A DNA stretch of 59,159 nucleotides, the filler included. It is 4 parts of 4 records of this genome, joined end to end, with 100 filler letters (N's around TTAATTAATTAA, not from the genome) between each part and the next. Parts side by side here need not be neighbours in the genome. Positions count along the whole stretch, not along the records: positions 30,025 to 52,041 come from SRR22947727_3392; positions 52,142 to 59,159 come from SRR22947727_3404; 2 more parts are not named here. The stretch is one strand, 5' to 3'. Within the stretch, counting starts at the first letter, position 1; each line of letters begins with the position of its first letter. Shown one piece after another: positions 49,821-59,159 of the stretch. The notes beneath the pieces are model-generated. The model was not told the origin of the DNA and made no database searches. It saw only the letters and a list, made by a program, of their open reading frames with translations. Both the position numbers and the translations under genes were made by a program.

Positions 49821-50399
49821 ATGACAACTGTAAACGAAGTTGTTGATTTTTGGCTGGACGAAGTTGGAGCGGACAGATGGTATGCAGCCGATGAGGCGCT
49901 GGACCATGAGGTCCGCAGGCGGTTCGAACAGCTCTGGTGGGACACGCTCAACGGAGCCAATGGGCTTTGGCTGACTTATGCCTCCGGCACGCTTGCCTAT
50001 CTGATATTGATGGATCAAATGCCCCGCAATATGTTTCGCGGAACAGCGCGATCATTCGGATCGGATCGGCATGCTCTCGCGGCGGCCAAAGCGGCATTGC
50101 ATAATGGCTGGGATCTGAAGATCGACGAGCCGGCGCGGCAATTTTTCTATATGCCTTTGATGCATTCTGAGAGTCTCACAGATCAAGATCGTGCGGTGCG
50201 GTTGATCATGTCTCGCCTGCCGCAGGGCAGGAGATTGCAATTGCCCCATGCCCAGGCGCATCGGGATATTATCCGCAAGTTTGGCCGCTTTCCAGCGCGC
50301 AACGATGCGTTGAACCGGCGTGCAACGGCGCCGGAGGTGATTTACACCCAAGCGGGCGGATATGATTTCACACTCAAAAGCCTTGCGGCCAGCTCCTAA
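49821..50399 (+). CDS. DUF924 family protein
   Basis: VVDFW, DQMPRNMFR, FFYMPLMHSE, FGRFP.RN. Confidence 0.88.
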   Translation: MTTVNEVVDFWLDEVGADRWYAADEALDHEVRRRFEQLWWDTLNGANGLWLTYASGTLAYLILMDQMPRNMFRGTARSFGSDRHALAAAKAALHNGWDLKIDEPARQFFYMPLMHSESLTDQDRAVRLIMSRLPQGRRLQLPHAQAHRDIIRKFGRFPARNDALNRRATAPEVIYTQAGGYDFTLKSLAASS

Positions 50400-50470
50400 A
50401 GCTTTGCTGCGGCTGCATTGGCTCTCGCCGCGCGAGCTGCAAAATTTTCGATTTGCACCGGTTTGAACTA

Positions 50471-50488
50471 TAGTTTAACATTAAACTA
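50471..50488. promoter_or_regulatory. Palindromic operator candidate upstream of lpdA
   Basis: TAGTTTAA-CA-TTAAACTA, flanked by TTTGAA...TTCAAA. Confidence 0.6.
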
Positions 50489-50509
50489 ATTCAAAAACGG
50501 AGTCCTGTG

Positions 50510-51904
50510 ATGGCTGACAATGCATATGATGTGATCGTTATTGGGGCGGGGCCTGGGGGCTACGTTGCGGCAATTCGTGCGGCGCAATTGGGGTTGAAAA
50601 CCATTGTGGTCGAACGCGAGCACATGGGGGGCATTTGTCTCAACTGGGGTTGTATTCCCACAAAGGCGATGCTGCGCTCCTCTGAAGTGTATCATTTGAT
50701 GCAGCGGGCCAAGGAGTTTGGTTTGTCTGTCCAGGGCATCGACTATGATCTTGATGCCGTTGTGGCACGGTCTCGGGCGATTGCAAAACAGTTGAACGGC
50801 GGCGTGAGCCATCTGCTGAAAAAGAACAAAGTGACCGCCCTGATGGGGGCGGCGACAATCACGGCTCCCGGACAGGTCTTGGTTAAAACTGCCAAGGGTG
50901 ACGAGACCCTATCGGGCAAGCATATCATCATCGCGACCGGGGCGCGGGCGCGCGAATTGCCCGGGCTGGAGGGGGATGGGGATTTGGTTTGGACCTATAA
51001 AACCGCTCTGACCCCGCCGCATATGCCGAAAAAGCTGTTAGTGATCGGCTCTGGCGCGATTGGTATCGAATTTGCCAATTTCTATAACACGCTTGGTGTG
51101 GATACGACGGTGGTTGAGGTGATGGACCGGGTTATGCCGGTGGAAGACGCGGAGATTTCTGCCTTCGCTCAAAAGGCTTTTGAAAAGCAAGGCATGAAAA
51201 TTCGCACAAAAACTATGGTGAAACAACTCGATCGCGGCAAAGGCTCTGTGACAGCGCATATCGAACAGAACGGCAAAGTCACCACCGAGGTGTTTGACAC
51301 GGTGATCTCGGCGGTTGGGATCGTCGGCAATGTGGAGAACCTCGGGCTTGAGGCGCTTGGCGTTGAAGTCGACCGCACCCATATTACGACGGATGCCTAT
51401 TGCCGCACAGCTGTGGCCGGTGTCTATGCCATCGGCGATGTGGCTGGTGCACCATGGCTTGCGCATAAGGCCAGCCATGAAGGGGTTATGGTCGCTGAAA
51501 TGATCGCAGGCGGAACGCCGCATCCGGTCAAACCGGAGAGCATTGCCGGTTGTACCTATTGCACGCCGCAAGTGGCCAGCGTCGGACATACCGAAGCACA
51601 GGCGAAAGAAGCCGGCTATGACGTGCGCGTTGGACGCTTCCCTTTTATAGGCAATGGCAAGGCAATTGCTCTGGGCGAGGCGGAAGGCATGATCAAAACT
51701 GTGTTTGATGCCAAAACAGGTGAGCTGTTGGGCGCGCATATGATCGGCGCGGAAGTCACAGAGCTGATCCAAGGCTATGTGGTTGGGCGGCAGCTGGAAA
51801 CAACGGAAGAAGATTTGATGCAAACCGTCTTCCCACATCCCACCCTGTCGGAAATGATGCATGAAAGCGTTTTGGACGCTTGGGATCGCGCAATCCACAT
51901 CTAA
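50510..51904 (+). CDS. lpdA: Dihydrolipoyl dehydrogenase
   Basis: GAGPGG, GGICLNWGCIPTK, GSGAIG, HPTLSE. Confidence 0.96.
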   Translation: MADNAYDVIVIGAGPGGYVAAIRAAQLGLKTIVVEREHMGGICLNWGCIPTKAMLRSSEVYHLMQRAKEFGLSVQGIDYDLDAVVARSRAIAKQLNGGVSHLLKKNKVTALMGAATITAPGQVLVKTAKGDETLSGKHIIIATGARARELPGLEGDGDLVWTYKTALTPPHMPKKLLVIGSGAIGIEFANFYNTLGVDTTVVEVMDRVMPVEDAEISAFAQKAFEKQGMKIRTKTMVKQLDRGKGSVTAHIEQNGKVTTEVFDTVISAVGIVGNVENLGLEALGVEVDRTHITTDAYCRTAVAGVYAIGDVAGAPWLAHKASHEGVMVAEMIAGGTPHPVKPESIAGCTYCTPQVASVGHTEAQAKEAGYDVRVGRFPFIGNGKAIALGEAEGMIKTVFDAKTGELLGAHMIGAEVTELIQGYVVGRQLETTEEDLMQTVFPHPTLSEMMHESVLDAWDRAIHI

Positions 51905-52021
51905 ACTTCAATGGGCTATGGCCGAGGCACCGGCGTCTTGCGGTGTTCTCGGCTCGGGAGATACGTGCACGGGCCTTTTGGAAGACCTCTGCATAACCGA
52001 GCCGCAAAGCCAAAGCACTTT

Positions 52022-52041
52022 GCCCGGTGGCAACACCGGGC
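52022..52041. repeat. Perfect 8-bp hairpin with GCAA tetraloop at the contig end
   Basis: GCCCGGTG-GCAA-CACCGGGC. Confidence 0.6.
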
Positions 52042-52141
52042 NNNNNNNNNNNNNNNNNNNNNNNNNNNNNNNNNNNNNNNNNNNNTTAATTAATTAANNN
52101 NNNNNNNNNNNNNNNNNNNNNNNNNNNNNNNNNNNNNNNNN
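52042..52141. other. Artificial contig linker
   Basis: 44 N + TTAATTAATTAA + 44 N. Confidence 0.99.
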
Positions 52142-52142
52142 C

Positions 52143-53195
52143 CTCGAAACAAGTTGTGACGAGTCAGCCGCGGCGGTGCTCCGTCAGGAGGGCGACCAGC
52201 TCACGGTGTTGTCCCATGGCATCGCCTCCCAGGTGGAAGAGCATGCGCAATGGGGTGGGGTCGTTCCTGAGATTGCCTCGCGCCGGCATGTGGAAGCGCT
52301 CCCAAACCTCGTAGAACACGCTTTAAAAGACGCCGGTCTCGTTGCTGCCGACCTCGATGCCATCGCGGCGACCGTGGCACCTGGCCTGGTGGGAGCCCTC
52401 ATGGTGGGCTCCATCACAGGGCGAACATTGGCCGCCCTCCATCAGAAACCTTTTCTCGCCGTGCACCATCTCGAGGCACACCTGGCATCCGTGTTCTTGG
52501 CAGATCACCCACCACATGCGCCCTATCTGGTGCTTCTCGTGAGTGGCGGGCACACCGAACTCATTCGGGTGGATGAAGTTGGAGCAATGGAACGCCTAGG
52601 ACGCAGCCATGACGATGCGGCCGGCGAAGCTTTCGACAAAGTGGCTCGACTCATGGGCCTGGGCTACCCCGGCGGTCCTGCGATTCAGGCCATTGCCGTC
52701 GAGGGTGATGCCAAACGGTTTCGGTTACCAAAAGGACGCGTTTCCAAACCAGGAGGAGGCTTCTACCCCTATGACTTTTCATTCAGTGGGCTGAAAACTG
52801 CGGTGCTTCGACACGTGGAAGCGTTAAGGCGTGAGTCGGAGGATCTTCCTCTTGCTGATCTCGCGGCCAGCTTTGAACAGATCGTGGCCGATGTGTTGGT
52901 TGAGCGAAGCCTGCGCTGCTGCCAGGAGCAGGGGATTGATCACTTAGTGATGGTCGGGGGCGTTGCCGCCAACCATCGCCTGCGTTCCCAAATGCAAGCT
53001 GTTGGTCAATCAAAAGGGGTGTCCGTGCACATCGCCCCATTGGCCTATTGCACAGACAACGCAGCAATGGTTGCCGTAGCGGCATTGCGTCGACTCTCTA
53101 ACGGCGTTCAACCCAGCTCTCTAGAGCTCGGAGTCGCAGCGCGGTGGCCATTAGAGCAAGCATTAAGCCTTTATGGCTCAAAGCCCCCCTTTTAA
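52143..53195 (+). CDS. tsaD: tRNA t6A N6-threonylcarbamoyltransferase (5'-truncated)
   Basis: [47 protein letters not shown]. Confidence 0.96.
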   Translation, partial: LETSCDESAAAVLRQEGDQLTVLSHGIASQVEEHAQWGGVVPEIASRRHVEALPNLVEHALKDAGLVAADLDAIAATVAPGLVGALMVGSITGRTLAALHQKPFLAVHHLEAHLASVFLADHPPHAPYLVLLVSGGHTELIRVDEVGAMERLGRSHDDAAGEAFDKVARLMGLGYPGGPAIQAIAVEGDAKRFRLPKGRVSKPGGGFYPYDFSFSGLKTAVLRHVEALRRESEDLPLADLAASFEQIVADVLVERSLRCCQEQGIDHLVMVGGVAANHRLRSQMQAVGQSKGVSVHIAPLAYCTDNAAMVAVAALRRLSNGVQPSSLELGVAARWPLEQALSLYGSKPPF

Positions 53196-53234
53196 AATTA
53201 TTCTCTTAAGGTGGCGTCCCCCGAGATCTCACCG

Positions 53235-53420
53235 ATGGCTCCGAAAACCGATCTCCAAGCAAAAGTTGCGTCAGAGCCCATCGATCCCATCGAATTAAAT
53301 GCTTGGAAGCGAGGATTTACTCCTCAAGCTGAAATTTGGAATGGACGCCTCGCCATGCTCGGACTATCCATCGGCATGGCAACACTCTTAATTGTCCGGA
53401 TGTTTAACAGCGCAGCCTGA
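53235..53420 (+). CDS. hli: High-light inducible protein (one-helix CAB family)
   Basis: GFTPQAEIWNGRLAMLG motif. Confidence 0.92.
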   Translation: MAPKTDLQAKVASEPIDPIELNAWKRGFTPQAEIWNGRLAMLGLSIGMATLLIVRMFNSAA

Positions 53421-53426
53421 ATACTC

Positions 53427-54581
53427 TTAACTCCTACCTCTTAACGCCTGAGTCAGTTCATTAGGACGAGGACTGACGGCGATGGCCTTTTCAGCTTCGA
53501 CTTGCCCAGATTCAACTAAACGCTGCAATGACTGGTTGGCAGTCATCATTCCATCAAACTCGCTTCTCTGCATGATGTCTTCGACATCATCCAGCGCCCC
53601 TTTCTTAATGTAATCCTTGCAGGCATCAGTATTAATCATTAGGTCATGATAGGCGGCACGTTTTCCGCCATGACTTTGAATTAATCCTTGTGAAATAATT
53701 CCCATCAGTGATTCTGCCAAAGATAGACGGATACTTTCCTGCTCCTCAGGTTGGTACATCCCAAGGACACGTTCAACGGTTTTAACCGCAGAGTTTGTAT
53801 GCAAAGTTCCAAACACAAGATGTCCAGTCTGAGCTGCTTCCATGGCGGTACTGAGCGTTTCTTTGTCACGTATTTCACCAACCAAAATCACATCAGGATC
53901 TTCACGCAGCGCTGCTCTCAAAGCATGATGAAACTGGAGCGTATGACGCCCCACCTCACGCTGTCGGATTAAAGATTGCCGGCTTTGATGCACGAATTCG
54001 ATGGGATCCTCAATGGTAAGGATATGCCTACTCTGATTGTTGTTAATCCAATCAATCATCGCTGCCAACGTAGTGCTTTTACCTGAACCGGTTGGGCCAG
54101 TTACAAGCAGCAAGCCTTTGGGATATGCACAAAGATCTTGCAGCACAGGTGGCAGCTTTAGATCATTCAGTGACAGGATCTTTTGAGGAATGAGCCGCAA
54201 CACCATCGCCGCACCCTGTAAAGCATCAAACAAATTGATGCGTACCCTCACAAAAGAAAAGGCATGAGCCCCATCGAACTCTTTGCACTGTCTGAAGTGG
54301 TCGATCTGTTGGGGAGTCAGTAATTCTCCAAGCCAGTCCTGAAACTCACCGGGTTCGGTGGGAGGCCAATCGGAGCAAATAATCTCACCTCGAGCTCGAA
54401 ATCTTGGACTCTCCCCGATTCCAAGATGAACGTCGGAATGCCCCTGTTCGTGAGCGACACGAACGATCTGCTCTAAAGACGGGGCTTGTGAAGCCAATGA
54501 CTCTGAAGCTGGAGAAGGAGATTGAGATGGTGTGAACGTTGGCCGCGCTGGGAGACCAGGAGGAAATACGGGCTGACTCAT
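53427..54581 (-). CDS. pilT: Type IV pilus retraction ATPase (PilT2-like)
   Basis: SDVHL, GPTGSGKST, TIEDPIE, LREDPDVILVGEIRD, TGHLVFGTLHT; Pro-rich N-terminus. Confidence 0.9.
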   Translation of the reverse strand: MSQPVFPPGLPARPTFTPSQSPSPASESLASQAPSLEQIVRVAHEQGHSDVHLGIGESPRFRARGEIICSDWPPTEPGEFQDWLGELLTPQQIDHFRQCKEFDGAHAFSFVRVRINLFDALQGAAMVLRLIPQKILSLNDLKLPPVLQDLCAYPKGLLLVTGPTGSGKSTTLAAMIDWINNNQSRHILTIEDPIEFVHQSRQSLIRQREVGRHTLQFHHALRAALREDPDVILVGEIRDKETLSTAMEAAQTGHLVFGTLHTNSAVKTVERVLGMYQPEEQESIRLSLAESLMGIISQGLIQSHGGKRAAYHDLMINTDACKDYIKKGALDDVEDIMQRSEFDGMMTANQSLQRLVESGQVEAEKAIAVSPRPNELTQALRGRS

Positions 54582-54691
54582 GCTGATGGTGTCCGCGACG
54601 TGCAGCATCGCGATGCTGCACGATCTGGCAAGTTGATGCCAAGTCTTCCCGGGGGAAGCACTCGTAGGATTGACTCACAATCTTGATGGTT

Positions 54692-55804
54692 ATGGCTCGC
54701 CTGCCACGCGTGACAATTGTCTTGGGCACGAGGCCTGAAGCCATCAAATTGGCGCCTGTGATCCAAGAATTCCGGGCCTGCAAGTCTCTCGAAACCCGAG
54801 TCGTACTGACAGGTCAGCACAGGGAGATGGTGTCTCAAGTCATGGATTTGTTTGGCCTGAGCGCTGATCTGGATCTCAATCTGATGACGCCACGGCAAAC
54901 CCTCACACATGTGACCTGTGCGGCGCTGCAGGGCTTGCGTGATGACTTTCAAGCATTTCCTCCAAATCTCGTCCTGGTTCAAGGAGACACAACCACGGCC
55001 TTTGCTGCAGCTCTCTCCGCCTTCTACGAACAAATCCCTGTTGGTCACGTCGAGGCCGGACTGCGTACGGACAATCTTCTTGATCCTTTCCCTGAGGAAG
55101 CCAACCGTCGCTTGATCTCGCAAATTGCCCATCTTCACTTTGCTCCCACTAAGCAATCAGAAGCAAACCTTCAAGCATCTGGGGTTGTTGGGCGCGTGCT
55201 GCTCACGGGCAACACCGTGATCGATGCCCTGTTGCGCATGTCTGAACGCGCTCCAACCTTAAGCGACTTAAGCATCGATTGGGACGCGCAAAGGGTAATT
55301 TTGGCCACCGTTCACCGCCGCGAGAATTGGGGTGAGCGCCTCAAGAACATTGCGGATGGAATGCTGCGTGTCCTCGATAGCCATCCCGACACCGTGTTGC
55401 TGTTGCCCTTGCATCGCAACCCAACCGTGCGTGAGCCCCTCCAGGAATTACTGGGGGACCATCCACGCGTAGTGCTGAGCGAGCCACTGGATTACGACCG
55501 CTTGGTCGCAGCCATGAAAGGCTGCACTCTTCTACTCACTGACTCCGGTGGGTTGCAAGAGGAAGCACCAGCTCTCGGGAAACCGGTTCTTGTTCTCCGT
55601 GAAACCACGGAACGCCCCGAAGCCGTTGAAGCTGGAACAGCCCGATTGGTGGGGACTGACCCAACAACGATTCACCGTGAAGCATCCCTGTTATTAGAGA
55701 ACAGCGAGGCCTATAACGCCATGGCAAAAGCCGTGAATCCCTTTGGCGATGGCCAGGCGAGTGGAAGGATCCTCGAGGCTGCCCTTGAACTCTTGGCAAG
55801 CTGA
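54692..55804 (+). CDS. wecB: Non-hydrolysing UDP-N-acetylglucosamine 2-epimerase
   Basis: GTRPEAIK, QGDTTT, GHVEAGLR, TDSGGLQEEAP, NPFGDG. Confidence 0.95.
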   Translation: MARLPRVTIVLGTRPEAIKLAPVIQEFRACKSLETRVVLTGQHREMVSQVMDLFGLSADLDLNLMTPRQTLTHVTCAALQGLRDDFQAFPPNLVLVQGDTTTAFAAALSAFYEQIPVGHVEAGLRTDNLLDPFPEEANRRLISQIAHLHFAPTKQSEANLQASGVVGRVLLTGNTVIDALLRMSERAPTLSDLSIDWDAQRVILATVHRRENWGERLKNIADGMLRVLDSHPDTVLLLPLHRNPTVREPLQELLGDHPRVVLSEPLDYDRLVAAMKGCTLLLTDSGGLQEEAPALGKPVLVLRETTERPEAVEAGTARLVGTDPTTIHREASLLLENSEAYNAMAKAVNPFGDGQASGRILEAALELLAS

Positions 55805-56414
55805 AGCAACACTGAGTTCTTGCGGTGCCTACCGCTGGTTGTTGCATCGGCCCATTCCATCCCGTGAACCAAGCGCGGGACAAAGACGGTTGCTGCTGTT
55901 CATTGGTCTGAATCCGTCACGCGCCGATGGACGTCGAGACGACCCCACCCTGAGACGGCTTCAAGGATTTGCACACCACTGGGGGTATCACCATCTCGTG
56001 GTCCTCAATCTGTTTGCCCGCATCTCCCCATCCCCCTCCCTTCTATGCAGGTGCGCAGAGCCCATTGGCGCTGACAATGATCAGACCTTGCGCAGCTGGT
56101 TCCAACAGTGGGCTCAACATCCCACATGGGATCTCTGGCTGGGATGGGGGGTTGGCGGCGGTTTTAGGCAAAGGGATGAGGCCGTGTTGAACATGTTGAA
56201 CGACGTCAGCGATCAACGAGGAGTGCTTCCAGCCCCCTTTGTGACTGGATTGACCAAAGCGGGCCACCCCCGTCACCCTCTCTATCTTCCAAGTGAGGTG
56301 CAGAGAGTTGCCTGGGCAGTACGGTTCCTAGATGAACCGCACTCCGCGCCGGTATCGGATCTCCCTTCACCTGTCTGGGGGGCAGAGCGAAGTGGTGCAT
56401 TTCACATCCCTTGA
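55785..56414 (+). CDS. DUF1643 family protein (start uncertain)
   Basis: CGAYRWLL.R, FIGLNPS.AD..DDPTLRR, NLFA, GHPRHPLY. Confidence 0.8.
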   Translation: MNSWQAEATLSSCGAYRWLLHRPIPSREPSAGQRRLLLFIGLNPSRADGRRDDPTLRRLQGFAHHWGYHHLVVLNLFARISPSPSLLCRCAEPIGADNDQTLRSWFQQWAQHPTWDLWLGWGVGGGFRQRDEAVLNMLNDVSDQRGVLPAPFVTGLTKAGHPRHPLYLPSEVQRVAWAVRFLDEPHSAPVSDLPSPVWGAERSGAFHIP

Positions 56415-56577
56415 GCAATTCCAGGATTGGTATCAAGGCCTGGTCAATGCCAGTGCTGAAGGGGCTTTTGTCAATGTTCCCCTCAGTGATCTAGACGGCG
56501 AATTTCTGGTTGTGCGTCCGGATGCCGTCATCGGAATGCGGGTTGAACCGCAATACGCCTTGATCGATGACGCCTGA
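56332..56577 (+). CDS. Small conserved hypothetical protein
   Basis: 81 aa; stop region overlaps the antiporter start; recalled as conserved in picocyanobacteria (not verified). Confidence 0.65.
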   Translation: MNRTPRRYRISLHLSGGQSEVVHFTSLEQFQDWYQGLVNASAEGAFVNVPLSDLDGEFLVVRPDAVIGMRVEPQYALIDDA

Positions 56578-57844
56578 GCGCTTAGGGCTGCTTTGGGGCA
56601 TCACTGTCTTTGCGGGTGCAGGGGCGCGACTGCTAGCTGCTTTATCCAATCTTCCTGGCGTGGTTTTGCTGCTGCTTTCAGGATTGCTGATCGGGCGCTC
56701 TGGCCTAGGGCTCGTTGAACCTCTCGATCTTGGACAAGGACTGCAAACCATCGTTGGCCTATTGGTGAGCTTGGTGTTATTTGACGGAGGTCTCAACCTT
56801 CGCCTGCCAGGAGACACGATCAAAGCCACCGTGCTGCGCATCTCAGTCCTGAGAATCTTTATTTCTCTCGGTGCGGGAATCCTGGCTGCACATTGGCTCG
56901 CAGGCCTGAGCTGGTCCTTAGCTGCCGTGTTTAGCGCCATCGTGCTGGCCACTGGGCCCACCGTGGTGACCCCGATCGTGAAACAAATTCGCTTGGCCCA
57001 TCCCCTTGGCGATGTGCTGGAAGCGGAAGGACTGCTGCTCGAGCCCATCGGCGCTGTGTTGGCACTGCTGCTTCTGGAACTAGCGCTGGGCGACCTACAC
57101 GGCTGGCGTGAGTTGGTGCAGGGCCTGCTTGCACGCCTCGGAGGGGGCGTGCTTATTGGTGTCACAGTTGGCTGGCTGTTGTCAGAAGGATTACGCCGCC
57201 TGACACCTTCTCAAGCCGTCGGATTGCGCCTACAGCTGACGCTTGGGGCACTATTCCTCATGTTTGGGATAGCCGAATGGCTCCTTCCAGAATCAGGGCT
57301 ACCGGCATCCGTTGCAGCGGGCGTCGTAGTCGGTCGTCGCTCAACCGAAGAAGCCGGTCAGCTCGATGAATTGATCCGAGAGTTGGCTTCACTCGCCATC
57401 ACCATGCTGTTTCCTCTGTTGGCAGCAGACGTGTCCTGGGCTGAGCTCAGCCCACTCGGATGGGGTGGTGTGAGCTGTGTCCTGCTGCTCATGTTTGTGG
57501 TCCGTCCAGTCGCCGTGAGTGTGGCCACAGTCGGATTGCCCTTGGTTTGGCGTCAAAAATTATTCATGGCCTGGCTGGCCCCACGAGGAATCGTGACAGC
57601 AGCCGTGGCCTCATTGTTTGCCATCCGCCTTGAGCAAGCTGGAATTTTGGGTGCAGGGCGACTGCAAGGGTTGGTCTTCCTCACCATCTTGATGACCGTG
57701 GGTATCCAAGGATTAACAGCACAACCCTTGGCGCGCGTTCTTGGGCTGATTGCCGAGAGTCCAGAAGACTCCGAATCCTCGGCTTCTGTTTCATCAGAAG
57801 CAGCGACGCAAGCGCTCCCGATCGTTCCCGAGTCTGGCCAGTAA
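56567..57844 (+). CDS. CPA1 cation:proton antiporter (NhaP-like)
   Basis: [30 protein letters not shown]; many TM helices. Confidence 0.88.
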   Translation: MTPERLGLLWGITVFAGAGARLLAALSNLPGVVLLLLSGLLIGRSGLGLVEPLDLGQGLQTIVGLLVSLVLFDGGLNLRLPGDTIKATVLRISVLRIFISLGAGILAAHWLAGLSWSLAAVFSAIVLATGPTVVTPIVKQIRLAHPLGDVLEAEGLLLEPIGAVLALLLLELALGDLHGWRELVQGLLARLGGGVLIGVTVGWLLSEGLRRLTPSQAVGLRLQLTLGALFLMFGIAEWLLPESGLPASVAAGVVVGRRSTEEAGQLDELIRELASLAITMLFPLLAADVSWAELSPLGWGGVSCVLLLMFVVRPVAVSVATVGLPLVWRQKLFMAWLAPRGIVTAAVASLFAIRLEQAGILGAGRLQGLVFLTILMTVGIQGLTAQPLARVLGLIAESPEDSESSASVSSEAATQALPIVPESGQ

Positions 57845-59158
57845 CGCCCAAGTGGTAATGAGGTCTGGCCCCTGAAGGCGACCGAGCAAGGCAGCCCTGA
57901 GACTCTTCATCAAGACGCCCTTCTTCACACCAGCGGCGGCGGCGGCCTCTTTGAGCAAGGTTTGGGCGCGCTCCAAATCAAGGCCGTCCCATGCATTCAG
58001 TTCAAGAGCGGACAGCAGAGCTTGAAGAGCAGGACGAGCTCCTGCTTGCTCAAGTTGCTTCAATCCGTCCTCTTCTAAGGGAGGTTCTTCAAAAAACGGC
58101 CGAGCTTGTGTGACTCCGTCTTCGATCAAGGTGAGCGACGGCCCGAGCAAAACGGCTAAGTCGTGAGCCCAAAGAGGATCGTTGACAACCCAACCTTGTT
58201 GCTGCCAGCGAGGCTCCAGTGCTGCGAGAAGTTCAGCTGGAGACCAACCATGTAAGACCTGAGCATTCAGCCAGTTGAGCTTGTCCCAATCGAATTTGGC
58301 GCCGGCTTTATTCACCCGATCAAAACTAAAAACCTCGGCTGCATCTCGGAGCGTGAACCGCTCCTCCATTCCCTCTGGGACAGACCAACCAAGCAGGGTC
58401 ATGTAATTGGCTAAGGCCTCTGCTGTGTAACCCATCGCCTGAAAATCACCAATGGAGGTCACGCCATCACGCTTGGAGAGCTTGCGTCCTTCTGGATTGA
58501 GGATCAAAGGCGTATGAGCAAAACTTGGGCAGTTCAACTGGAGAGCCTGGTAAAGCAGCAGTTGTTTGGCCGTATTAGAAATGTGATCTTCACCGCGAAT
58601 GACATGGCTGATGGCCATAGCGGCGTCATCAACCACCACAACAAGGTTGTAAAGGGGGTTACCAATCGTGTTCGCAGGAGCACGTCTGGCGATCACCATG
58701 TCTCCACCGAGGTCGGCGCCACGCCATTGCATCGGACCACGCACCATGTCGGTCCAAGCGATGGTGGCTTCGTCCTCAATCCGAAAACGAATCACCGCCT
58801 CGCGCCCTTCAGCGCGATAGCCCTCTTCCTGTTCAGCACTGAGTTGACGATGACGGTTGTCATAACGGGGAGGCTTACCTGAAGCCCTCTGGGCTTCACG
58901 CATGGCATCCAATTCCTGCTCACTGGCATAACAGCGATAGGCAAGACCTTGAGCGAGCAATTGGCTGATTGCAAGGCGATGGGCTTCGATCCGCTCGCTT
59001 TGAATGACCGGTTCCTCATCCCAGTCCAGGCCAAGCCAACGCAAACCATCAAGAATGTTTTGGGTGAACTCTGGCTTGGAGCGCTCTTTGTCCGTGTCCT
59101 CAATTCTCAGCAAAAATTTGCCGTTTTGATGACGGGCAAACAACCAATTAAAAACAGC
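57794..59158 (-). CDS. gltX: Glutamate--tRNA ligase (5'-truncated at window edge)
   Basis: [31 protein letters not shown]. Confidence 0.95.
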   Translation of the reverse strand, partial: AVFNWLFARHQNGKFLLRIEDTDKERSKPEFTQNILDGLRWLGLDWDEEPVIQSERIEAHRLAISQLLAQGLAYRCYASEQELDAMREAQRASGKPPRYDNRHRQLSAEQEEGYRAEGREAVIRFRIEDEATIAWTDMVRGPMQWRGADLGGDMVIARRAPANTIGNPLYNLVVVVDDAAMAISHVIRGEDHISNTAKQLLLYQALQLNCPSFAHTPLILNPEGRKLSKRDGVTSIGDFQAMGYTAEALANYMTLLGWSVPEGMEERFTLRDAAEVFSFDRVNKAGAKFDWDKLNWLNAQVLHGWSPAELLAALEPRWQQQGWVVNDPLWAHDLAVLLGPSLTLIEDGVTQARPFFEEPPLEEDGLKQLEQAGARPALQALLSALELNAWDGLDLERAQTLLKEAAAAAGVKKGVLMKSLRAALLGRLQGPDLITTWALLARLGNDRERLRRCF

Positions 59159-59159
59159 C

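Noticed and set aside
52143..53420. hli as a cyanophage gene, or as horizontal transfer into a heterotroph
   Set aside because: It lies among cyanobacterial chromosomal genes on a separate contig with no phage genes

Overview
This window is not one genomic locus. It holds four contigs joined by identical 100-bp artificial linkers (44 N + TTAATTAATTAA + 44 N) at 14828-14927, 29925-30024 and 52042-52141. Contig A (1-14827) and contig C (30025-52041) look like core-genome DNA of a marine Rhodobacteraceae (Roseobacter group). A carries cobT/cobS, carD, fdxA, an S4/Hsp15 gene, a SUV3-like helicase, pepF, rpoH and rluD. C carries a tRNA-Asp 3' end, rodZ, ispG, PBP1A, prfB, a bactofilin/M23 pair, bcp, a YhdP-like gene, queA and lpdA. 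Contig B (14928-29924) looks gammaproteobacterial (possibly OM60/NOR5, inferred). It has an opp transporter, a TetR-iorAB-SDR redox/catabolic cluster, phoD, a partial dusA, repeat-rich intergenic DNA and a decayed surface-protein gene. Contig D (52142-59159) resembles marine Synechococcus (tsaD, hli, pilT, wecB, DUF1643, antiporter, gltX). I found no CRISPR array, integrase, transposase, phage gene or rRNA, and no clearly new system. The best leads are a degenerate 20-bp tandem array at 18532-18740, the SUV3 helicase/Hsp15 coupled pair, the possibly lipid-anchored Tat molybdoenzyme cluster, two divergent genes sharing one CATG, and an FN3 plus sorting-signal gene remnant. All taxonomy and family calls come from motif recognition by eye, not database searches.
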